The notes: generated from the letters alone by a model not told the origin. Shown: positions 10,523-17,917, numbered from the stretch's first letter. The stretch is 64,000 nt of DNA from Gammaproteobacteria bacterium (GCA_965277715.1 OZ255836.1:1888001-1952000), one strand, 5' to 3'. Program-made: numbers and translations.

Positions 10523-10966
10523 TCAAAAATTTGTACATTCGACTCGACAATAACCTTGGGCTCCAAGTTGAAAGCCAATAGCTCCAGCACCTAAAATCAG
10601 ACTTGCCGCATTGAACTTCCTAAATTGCGACAATGTTCTTAACTGTCTCTGGCCAGTCTGAAACTGTTTACTATTGCCATAGGAATTTCTGTTCCCTTGC
10701 TTTTGCAACTCGGTATCAAGAGCTTCTGCAACTTCATTACCCACGATCCCCGACAGACTTAAAGGATTTAAAGCACCAGCAGTTTCATACAGGGCACCGT
10801 AATTGTCCATAATACAAGTAGCAACACATTGCTTAAATTCATTTTTCCCAGAAATTTGATTACCAGTTGGCTGTTGAGACTGATTGCTATCACCATCCGC
10901 CCTCCAAGCACTCAACTCCGCATTAAACAAATGAGTAAACGCCGCAGTCTGTGCCCCATTTGCAAA
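10523..10966 (-). pseudogene. Orphan C-terminal toxin tip of an Rhs/SpvB-TcdB-type polymorphic toxin
   Basis: Begins FANGAQTAAFTHLFN, matching the GGKFANGAxTxAFxxxFN motif that precedes variable tips in these proteins; followed by a Cys-containing variable tip; upstream frame is unrelated sequence. Confidence 0.6.
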
Positions 10967-11368
10967 GATAGGTACGCTTGACGTGCATCCTCGTACCGAT
11001 GCCACTTTTCCTTTGATAAAACAATTAGTTAAACGTATCTTTTCCTTGATGCCATCCTGTTCTTGCGATTTTTTCCCTTGAGGCGGTTTTGGCACCGAGA
11101 CGACCAGCGCGGTACTTTTTTTCTGGATAGAAGCCGCCATCAGGTACAGCCAGGCCAACCGCCACAGACAGAGAACCTGCGGGGCATTAAGTTGAAGGGG
11201 GGATTGAGTCAGACACGTCATGCCCGATAGTTTACGCGATGATGGCACGATCACGAAGGCTTCTGTTTTTAGCGGCTTTTTTCTGAACCTTCAGGCCGCT
11301 AAAAGGCCGGGATTGCACCGGCCTTTATTGATTACTTGCACGGCTTCCAGAAAAGAAAAAAAGCAAAA

Positions 11369-11939
11369 AAAAGGGGTCAATCTTAAACAAAAGAGGTCAA
11401 TCCTATTTAATATTTTCAAAATAGTATAAATTTAATAGTGCACTCGGTGCTAAACAACGTTACGTTGCTTATAAGACATATGTTGGTCGAGGTATTGATG
11501 AGGACATTAGCCGTTTTTATAACAAAGGCAATGTGGCGACGATACTGGGTGACAAATCCTTCAAGACGTATATTGCCGAAAACCGGGAGTCGATGTACAT
11601 ATCGGGGGACTTGTCCCGTATTGTGGCGGACAAGCCAAAGGGTGCAGCTATAGTCGATGCAGTGGCAGCGGTGTTTGGCGTTAACGCGAGTGATGTATTT
11701 ACGCGACAGCGGGGGAGACAACGGGCGAATCTGCCTCGTAAAGTAGCGATATATTGTTGTCAGCAATTGGGGGATATGCCGTTAAAAACGCTGGTTGATA
11801 TGTTTGGGTATAGTCGTGTTAGTAGCCTTTCTCCTGCAATTGATTATGTAAAGAGTGGGCTGTCAGACGGCAGCTTGAAGGGCGTGTTTGAGCAGGTTTG
11901 CAACCGTTTGAAAAATATTAAATACGATTGACCCCTTTT
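11369..11939 (+). mobile_element. RAYT-like element copy 3: internally deleted non-autonomous derivative with both TIRs (left TIR duplicated)
   Basis: aaaaggggtcaatctta, then aaaagaggtcaatcctatttaatattttcaaaatagtataaatttaa fused to tagtgcactcgg (about 16029 in the full copy); right TIR ends at 11939. Confidence 0.93.
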
Positions 11940-12595
11940 CGTCTGGCTAAACAAATAATTCCTACCCAGCGACAAAGAGGAAAACCGATCCCCACTTGCT
12001 GGCCTGACTGTTGCGGATAAACTACCTGATTTTCAGGCGTATCGGGCATTGTCACAGTGGTGCCGTCAACCAATTTAACTGAACGCCCTTGCCAGTGCCA
12101 GTGACTGGCCGCTTCATTCGCCACACACTCGCCTGTACAACGGCCAAGCCCTGAGACGAGGGGGGTTGGCAGCCTTTGTCGTGCTTTACAATAACTCCCT
12201 GTCTACGTATTACTCACTGATAAACCTTCACTTAATCGCTGTACAGCGAGTGTGTTGACAGCTTGTTGGCAGGACTGATCTGCACTCATTGTTTGGTATA
12301 AAAACAGCGATAAGGTGTCTAGAGGAGGATAGCGACGCGCTCGAAAATCCGGTTGTAATTCTTCCAGTTTCGTAAGTAACTGAGAGGATGTCAGCAAGTG
12401 ATAAAAACTCAATGCATCCGAGGATTGAGCTCGGCTTTTGATGCGACGTTGAAGAATGTTGACTTTTACATTACTCTGCATGATGGCTGGTTCCTGTGGG
12501 ATAAAGGGTATTTGTGTTGGCAACAAATAACCTACCATAGAACCAGCTTTTTTTGTAATTACTTCAAATACTTACAGCTTAAGGAAGTGCCATTC
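11940..12595 (-). mobile_element. Truncated IS4-family element (transposase pseudogene 12481-11940; left end 12578-12595)
   Basis: RARRYPPLDTLSLFLYQTMSADQSCQQAV, then in-frame TAG, then TGSYCKARQRLP and RSVKLVDGTTVTMPDTPENQ..YPQ (first DDE Asp); terminus GAATGGCACTTCCTTAAG; cut by the RAYT right TIR. Confidence 0.85.
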
Positions 12596-12667
12596 GGATC
12601 AAGGCAGTTATTTCCTATATTTCTTGCTGGAAACCACTGTTTTTATCCGTATTAGTCGTTGTATGGT

Positions 12668-12690
12668 GAATAATAAGCCTGACCCCCTTG
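12668..12690 (+). repeat. Variant HUH/RAYT-type terminus (aataataagcctgacccccttg)
   Basis: Shares the TGACCCC(C)TT core with the four right TIRs, but the inner sequence differs. Confidence 0.5.
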
Positions 12691-12731
12691 CTTTCGAGAT
12701 TGTGCGCTTACTGTAAGGGCGACTTGTACAC
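12691..12731 (-). pseudogene. intI: Probable N-terminal remnant of integron integrase
   Basis: Minus strand reads GTG-Y-K-S-P then, after a frameshift, Y-S-K-R-T-I-S, resembling IntI N-termini (KSPFL...YSKRTI); divergent from attI at the expected position; very short match. Confidence 0.5.
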
Positions 12732-12741
12732 GTATAAATCC

Positions 12742-12770
12742 TTGTAAAGCAGAGAGTGTTATATGATAAT
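12742..12770 (+). promoter_or_regulatory. Candidate integron cassette promoter (Pc)
   Basis: TTGTAA-N17-GATAAT pointing towards attI. Confidence 0.3.
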
Positions 12771-12904
12771 CCAAAACCAAAATTTTAGGGAGTCGTTCCA
12801 GCATTTTTTTGTCTGTTATTTGCGATTTTTGTAGGGTTTTGTCATATTAATCAATGTTTTAGTGTGTCTTTGTGAGCTCAGTCTCGCAAAATTATCGCGA
12901 TTCC

Positions 12905-12953
12905 ACATAATATTGTTATCGAGGATTCGTTCCTCGATAACAGGCTGTTAGCT
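12905..12953 (+). other. Putative integron attI site
   Basis: Palindrome TGTTATCGAGGA-ttcgt-TCCTCGATAACA followed by core GTTAGCT (12947-12953), the exact complement of cassette 1 R'' AGCTAAC. Confidence 0.7.
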
Positions 12954-12987
12954 GTAATCAAGTCAAATACCGATTCATGGTTTAACT

Positions 12988-13839
12988 ATGGAAAGATCAG
13001 CAATTTATTTAGATAGTAATGTTGTAATCGATACAATTGAGGGACGTGATGACGAGCTAATGGGATTATTGTTCCGCAGCTTATATCTTGGGCCTTATTG
13101 CTACCCTTTTTCTGCAGAGTTGGTTGGAGAAATTACTGACTTGGATAGAGAAGAGCGCAACCAAGCTCGGTTAATGTATGTAGAAGACCTTAGTAAAAGA
13201 GTTTATTTTGAAAACTCTTTTACTAATATCGGTTTTAGGACTGTGCGCCCGCAAGAGGTTTTTGCAACGATTAATGACGTTGATATCGGTATCGATTTTA
13301 ACGATACCTTTGCAAATATGATTTCATTTGACCAAGTTTTAGAGCTGCGAAAAGCTTACAACTTAGATCCTGACTCACTAAACAATATGAAACCACGTGA
13401 GGCTCTCACCTACATAGATAATGCGCTTGAAAACTATGAATACGAAGTCGCAGAAGGAGCACCGAATCCTCCAAGAAGTATGAAGGATATGATATCTACG
13501 GTGTCAGCTATCTGTGAGGAAAGCTTTAAAAATGTTGGAGAAGGGCTCGGTACAAAAGCCGAGCATGATGCGAGTAAAAAGGATTTGGTAATGTTTTTTT
13601 CTTTGCTAGATAGCTTTGGATATTGGGGCGATCCAAGAAAGAAATATAAAAGGGGTTCCAGGTTGGTAGATGCACAACATGCTCTAGTTGGTTCTTACTT
13701 TAGCGCAATTGTTTCTAGAGATCCTCACTTTGTCCGTAAAGCAGAAGCTGCTTACGAGTATATGGGTATTACTACAAAGGCTTATACTACGGATGAGTTC
13801 AAACAACATTTATTTGGCATTTTAAGTGGCAGCAGCTAA
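12988..13839 (+). CDS. Integron cassette 1: PIN-like domain protein
   Basis: IYLDSNVV at the N-terminus and LVDAQH..SYFSAIVSRDPHF near the C-terminus fit PIN acidic motifs; low GC; stop codon lies in the attC R''. Confidence 0.7.
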   Translation: MERSAIYLDSNVVIDTIEGRDDELMGLLFRSLYLGPYCYPFSAELVGEITDLDREERNQARLMYVEDLSKRVYFENSFTNIGFRTVRPQEVFATINDVDIGIDFNDTFANMISFDQVLELRKAYNLDPDSLNNMKPREALTYIDNALENYEYEVAEGAPNPPRSMKDMISTVSAICEESFKNVGEGLGTKAEHDASKKDLVMFFSLLDSFGYWGDPRKKYKRGSRLVDAQHALVGSYFSAIVSRDPHFVRKAEAAYEYMGITTKAYTTDEFKQHLFGILSGSS

Positions 13840-13947
13840 CAAAGCTGTCATAGGGACATTTTTTGCTTCGCTCCGTTTTGGGGTGGCTTCGCCACTTTAC
13901 CCCAAAACTCCACTACACAAAAAATGCCCCATACAGAGGCGTTAAGG
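13834..13947 (+). other. attC site 1
   Basis: R'' AGCTAAC ... R' GTTAAGG, 114 bp, imperfect palindrome (gttttggggt/accccaaaac). Confidence 0.92.
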
Positions 13948-14254
13948 TACACCAGCACTAAAAGCATTTAATCCCAAAAGTAAATAGCAGGCCCAAAGAA
14001 ATAAATATTAAAATACGCTCAAAATTGCATGCCACTGGTTTTGTTCTTGCTGCCAAACTTGAGCAAAATATAAGCATCAACTTTATGGTTTCAGTTGTGG
14101 TTGCCATTAAGAGAGTATAATTTTCGTGGCAAGTTTAACGCTTTTACTTTGTTCGTTCACGTAAGTTCAACGCGTAAGTAAAGCAAACACTCTTGCTATT
14201 ACACAAACTAAGCTGGCTTCGTCACACTCATTTTGTCGGTGTTCACGGGTGCCA
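13948..14254 (+). other. Integron cassette 2: ORF-less cassette
   Basis: Bounded by the matching cores GTTAAGG and CCTTAAC; no contained ORF of 60 aa or more in the supplied track. Confidence 0.75.
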
Positions 14255-14363
14255 CCTTAACCAAGCCATCGTGGCCGACCTAGGTAAACTGTCGTCTTTT
14301 TATGCACGCTTCGCGGCAAAAAAGCCGCCAGTTTACCTAGGCGCCACATGGCAGGCGTTAGAA
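14255..14363 (+). other. attC site 2
   Basis: R'' CCTTAAC ... R' GTTAGAA, 109 bp, stem cctaggtaaactg/cagtttacctagg. Confidence 0.93.
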
Positions 14364-14376
14364 CTCAGAGTACCCC

Positions 14377-14766
14377 ATGAATACATATCAAATAATAGAC
14401 ACTATCGAGAAACTGGAAACAAGGGTCAATAGCTATTGGAACTTCTACACCGTTGTAGTTCTGGCGGTTGTTGGTTGGGTCATAACTGAAGGGCTAGATT
14501 ACAGACAGTCAATAACAGTGTTCATTTCAAATTTTATTTTTTTTCTAATGAACTTGGTGCTAATTTTCGTTACTACTAAACAAATACTGGCATTTGAAGA
14601 AGATCTGAAGTTAATGATTGTTAACGAGCTTGCTGAAGAGTCTTTCATAAGAAAGTTTTTCAGCAAACGGAGGTTTTGGAAAAGATTGGAGTTTTCTTTT
14701 GTTCTTCATATTTCTGTGGATATAGCGCTATTTTATATGGTTCTTAAGTCCGGAGGGATTTTGTAG
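14377..14766 (+). CDS. Integron cassette 3: three-TM membrane protein of unknown function
   Basis: 129 aa with hydrophobic segments; low GC; lies between attC2 and attC3. Confidence 0.75.
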   Translation: MNTYQIIDTIEKLETRVNSYWNFYTVVVLAVVGWVITEGLDYRQSITVFISNFIFFLMNLVLIFVTTKQILAFEEDLKLMIVNELAEESFIRKFFSKRRFWKRLEFSFVLHISVDIALFYMVLKSGGIL

Positions 14767-14841
14767 CTAACTCTCTGAACCAGCAGGCCTGGTGTAAGAT
14801 TGTTGGTAAGAAATCGCTAATATGTTTATATTTAAATTCCA

Positions 14842-14950
14842 TTCTAACCAAGCCATCGTGCCGACCTACATAAACTGTCTTCTTTATTTGCACGCTTCGC
14901 GGCAAAAAAGCTGCCAGTTTATTCCGGCTGGCACATGGGCGGCGTTATAA
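14842..14950 (+). other. attC site 3
   Basis: R'' TTCTAAC ... R' GTTATAA; sequence closely related to attC2. Confidence 0.92.
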
Positions 14951-14956
14951 CGGTGT

Positions 14957-15280
14957 ATGAAGTATTCAACATTACTAGAATGGGCAGCAAAACCGGTAAC
15001 CGATGAAAATAAACAGTTCATTGATGAATGGTTTTCACGGCTCGATTCAAAGGCAGAGCTTGATGATCTAGCTATTTGGCTAGCTAAATCATTTGTTGCT
15101 GGCGAGGTCAGGTATGACATTGCAAATGTATTGTTTAATCAAATTATGCCGGTTGTCGGGTTTGAAGAGGCACCCAAAATATTTTGGATATTTTATAGCG
15201 CATTTGAAGACTTTGAATTTTCAGAAAAACCTGATGAAGATGCTGTGGGTAGAATTCGGAGTGAACTTGCAAGGTTATAA
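14957..15280 (+). CDS. Integron cassette 4: acidic 107-aa protein of unknown function (possibly immunity-like)
   Basis: Starts 6 bp after R'; stop codon lies in R'' TTATAAC. Confidence 0.75.
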   Translation: MKYSTLLEWAAKPVTDENKQFIDEWFSRLDSKAELDDLAIWLAKSFVAGEVRYDIANVLFNQIMPVVGFEEAPKIFWIFYSAFEDFEFSEKPDEDAVGRIRSELARL

Positions 15281-15385
15281 CAAACGGCTCAAATTGACCT
15301 ACACTGCGTTGCTCGTTTTGTGCTTTTCCGCTACGCTAGCACAAAACAATCAACTCCGTTCCGGCAACTTAGCCGGGCGTTAGGG
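15275..15385 (+). other. attC site 4
   Basis: R'' TTATAAC ... R' GTTAGGG, 111 bp, stem gttttgtgct/agcacaaaac. Confidence 0.92.
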
Positions 15386-15416
15386 TTTGGAACAAAAAAC
15401 TAGTAGACGAGAAATA

Positions 15417-15496
15417 ATGACCAATAAGAAGAAAGTTCAAATTGAAAGAGAGCGCCCTTTTTCACCACACCATATGTTACTTGGTGCTGCAAGACT
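15417..15496 (+). pseudogene. Integron cassette 5, truncated by the RAYT left TIR
   Basis: MTNKKKVQIERERPFSPHHMLLGAARL runs directly into aaaaggggtcaatc; no attC follows. Confidence 0.7.
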
Positions 15497-16533
15497 AAAA
15501 GGGGTCAATCTTATTTAATATTTTCAAAATAGTATAAATTTAAACGATACCTAGACCTACTCGAATACAATACGAAAATGCCTACTACCACGTTATGAAT
15601 CGTGGCAAAGCCAGACAGACCATCTTTCATGGCGAAATTTACTACCAGGCATTTCTACAAACGCTCGATGAAGCACATAAACGCTTTGATGCCTGCATCC
15701 ACGCTTACTGTTTGATGAGTAATCATTATCATCTATTGATCGAAACCCCTCGTGCTAATCTGGATCGCATCATGCGACATATCAATGGTATCTACACACA
15801 ACGCTACAACCTTAGACGCACGGATGGGCCTCTTTTTCGCGGTCGTTATAAAGCGATTATTGTGGATGCAGACGACTACTTATTACCCTTAAGCCGTTAC
15901 ATTCATCGTAACCCAATAGAAGTAAAGGGTGTAACAGCGGATAAGCTCGATACCTATTCCTGGTCGAGTTACCACGCTTACATCAACCAAGCCAAAGCAC
16001 CGGAATGGTTGTATCGAGAGGCAACCTATAGTGCACTCGGTGCTAAACAACGTTACGTTGCTTATAAGACATATGTTGGTCGAGGTATTGATGAGGACAT
16101 TAGCCGTTTTTATAACAAAGGCAATGTGGCGACGATACTGGGTGACAAATCCTTCAAGACGTATATTGCCGAAAACCGGGAGTCGATGCACATATCGGGG
16201 GACTTGTCCCGTATTGTGACGGACAAGCCAAAGGGTGCAGCTATAGTCGATGCAGTGGCAGCGGTGTTTGGCGTTAACGCGAGTGATGTACTTACGCGAC
16301 AGCGGGGGAGACAACGGGCGAATCTGCCTCGTAAAGTAGCGATATATTGTTGTCAGCAATTGGGAGATATGCCGTTAAAAACGCTGGTTGATATATTTGG
16401 ATATAGTCGTGTTAGTAGCCTTTCTCCTGCAACTGATTATGTAAAGAGTGGGCTGTCAGACGGCAGCTTGAAGGGCGTGTTTGAGCAGGTTTGCAACCGT
16501 TTGAAAAATATTAAATACGATTGACCCCTTTTT
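15497..16533 (+). mobile_element. RAYT-like element copy 4, full length (~1.04 kb), with ~32-bp terminal inverted repeats
   Basis: Left aaaaggggtcaatcttatttaatattttcaaa; right tttgaaaaatattaaatacgattgacccctttt (one mismatch and one indel); no target-site duplication. Confidence 0.9.
15547..16524 (+). CDS. HUH Y1 nuclease/transposase (RAYT/TnpA-REP-like) with C-terminal DnaA-C-like HTH; start codon appears mutated to ATA
   Basis: (I)PRPTRIQYENAYYHVMNRG, AYCLMSNHYHLL (HUH), GPLFRGRY, LSRYIHRNP (catalytic Tyr), YSWSSY, PRKVAIYCCQQL..PLKTLVDIFG; stop codon lies inside the right TIR. Confidence 0.88.
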   Translation: MPRPTRIQYENAYYHVMNRGKARQTIFHGEIYYQAFLQTLDEAHKRFDACIHAYCLMSNHYHLLIETPRANLDRIMRHINGIYTQRYNLRRTDGPLFRGRYKAIIVDADDYLLPLSRYIHRNPIEVKGVTADKLDTYSWSSYHAYINQAKAPEWLYREATYSALGAKQRYVAYKTYVGRGIDEDISRFYNKGNVATILGDKSFKTYIAENRESMHISGDLSRIVTDKPKGAAIVDAVAAVFGVNASDVLTRQRGRQRANLPRKVAIYCCQQLGDMPLKTLVDIFGYSRVSSLSPATDYVKSGLSDGSLKGVFEQVCNRLKNIKYD

Positions 16534-16580
16534 GGAGTCAAAAACGAGCGTGCGTCTTTTACCTGGTAGGGCTTGGCTTC

Positions 16581-17459
16581 TTAGCGCATACCACGCAAAG
16601 CCACCCACACACCCGACAATACCAATATCGACGCCAGGACAAAATAGGTATCGATATATTCATTCAACAACACCCAGGCCAGCACCACACCAGAGACCGG
16701 TTGCAGAAACTGAAACAACCCTACCCGTTCGATTCCCCCCTTGCCCAGCGCCCAATACCAACACATATAACCGACAATAGTGACCCCAACGGCGAGATAA
16801 GCCAGCCCCAGCCAGGCCTCGGTCGCAACGGCGTTAAGCGCAGCCGTGTCAGTAATCAACGGCAGGACCAGTAACAGTGGTAATGCATAGAGCGCGGCAC
16901 CCCAAAATGTAGTGCCCACCGCCGGGTAACCCTGTTGTTGCAAACGCCCCCCGGCCACATAACCCAGCGAGGCAAAGAGATTTGACGCCAACACCAATGT
17001 ATCACCGTAAACACTCGCGCCCGCATCACCCGCACTTCCCGGGCTGCTAATCAGTAAAAACTCGCCTGCCAGGGCAATCGCGCACCCCAGCCACCAGCGC
17101 GATTGCAATCGACGCCTATTCCAAGTCGCCGCGATTGCACCGGTAAACACAGGCAATGCCGCGAGAATCATCGATGCGTGATTTGCCGATGTATGCGCCA
17201 GCCCCCAAGTAAACAACAGCGGAAAACCAACAAAGCCGCAAAAACCGGACAGCAATAACAAATAGCGCTGCCGTGCAGACGATGGCAAGGGAATACGCAA
17301 CATCAAAGCCAACGGCAACGCCACCAAACCACCCAGCGCAGTGCGCAGCACAGCCACGGTCAGCGGCGCCATCGTCGCCACCGATATTTTCGCCGCCACT
17401 GCGGAGCCACCCCATATCACCACAGCGGCCAGCGCTGCCAGAACCACCGTTAAGTGCAT
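16581..17459 (-). CDS. DMT/EamA family transporter
   Basis: Ten-TM pattern; VIWGGS, GLAHTSANHAS, FQFLQPVSG. Confidence 0.9.
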   Translation of the reverse strand: MHLTVVLAALAAVVIWGGSAVAAKISVATMAPLTVAVLRTALGGLVALPLALMLRIPLPSSARQRYLLLLSGFCGFVGFPLLFTWGLAHTSANHASMILAALPVFTGAIAATWNRRRLQSRWWLGCAIALAGEFLLISSPGSAGDAGASVYGDTLVLASNLFASLGYVAGGRLQQQGYPAVGTTFWGAALYALPLLLVLPLITDTAALNAVATEAWLGLAYLAVGVTIVGYMCWYWALGKGGIERVGLFQFLQPVSGVVLAWVLLNEYIDTYFVLASILVLSGVWVALRGMR

Positions 17460-17594
17460 AAAAATTCCCCGGTTAATTGATACGGTATGATACTGGGCAT
17501 TGGGTACTGAAAGTCCCGGTTTAGATAGCGAATGTGTATAAAACCCATCTCAAACTACCAATACGTTTTCTAGGATAATGCACCGCAACCATCC

Positions 17595-17719
17595 AACCTA
17601 AATTCCGCAGTTGAGTCGTAGCGAGGGCGTCTAAGGTGCTGAAGCTGAAATCCTGGTAAAAGCACTTTAGATTCTGTGCACTAGGTGGTCGCAGTAGATT
17701 CAACTGAGGAATTCAGGTT
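17595..17719. mobile_element. ~125-bp MITE with ~23-bp imperfect TIRs (AACCTAAATTCCGCAGTTG family)
   Basis: aacctaaattccgcagttgagtc ... gattcaactgaggaattcaggtt; further ends at 9219, 22713 and 32750. Confidence 0.75.
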
Positions 17720-17917
17720 CAACAACCCCCTTATCGCCCGGCCATGCCTCACCTTCCAGGTGCTTGCCAACGCACCTGAAAAAGACTCCAGAGGCGGATT
17801 CAACGACGGCTTTTAAATCGAAAGCCCCCGCTGTCGAACACCCAGCGCGTCAGCTATACTGAATTACTCTCAAACACCCTGCAAAAAAACCACCCCGGAA
17901 CCCGCTATGGACCAAAG
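17708..17917 (+). repeat. 210-bp direct repeat copy 2 (native hsdM leader)
   Basis: Matches 9221-9430. Confidence 0.95.

Noticed and set aside
10980-11035. tRNA fragment or att site on the minus strand (ttgttttatcaaaggaaaagtggcatc)
   Set aside because: Only superficial resemblance; no T-loop (GTTCGA) or cloverleaf.
10967-11254. N-terminal part of the 243-aa ORF 10523..11254 as a genuine protein region
   Set aside because: Composition changes at 10966 and no protein family is recognisable; it looks like a chimeric read-through.
12634-12655. LexA box for intI
   Set aside because: Only a CTGT half-site; no CAG at the required spacing.
14193-15383. ORFs 14193..14432, 14884..15120 and 15093..15383
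   Set aside because: They cross attC sites or overlap real cassette genes, so are likely spurious.
13834-15385. attC hairpins read as terminators or CRISPR repeats
   Set aside because: RYYTAAC/GTTRRRY cores with cassette-matched complementarity identify them as attC sites.
9491-16359. Repeated antisense or alternative-frame ORFs (MLTTIYRYF..., MHSVLNNV...)
   Set aside because: Shadow frames of the repeated HUH nuclease gene copies.
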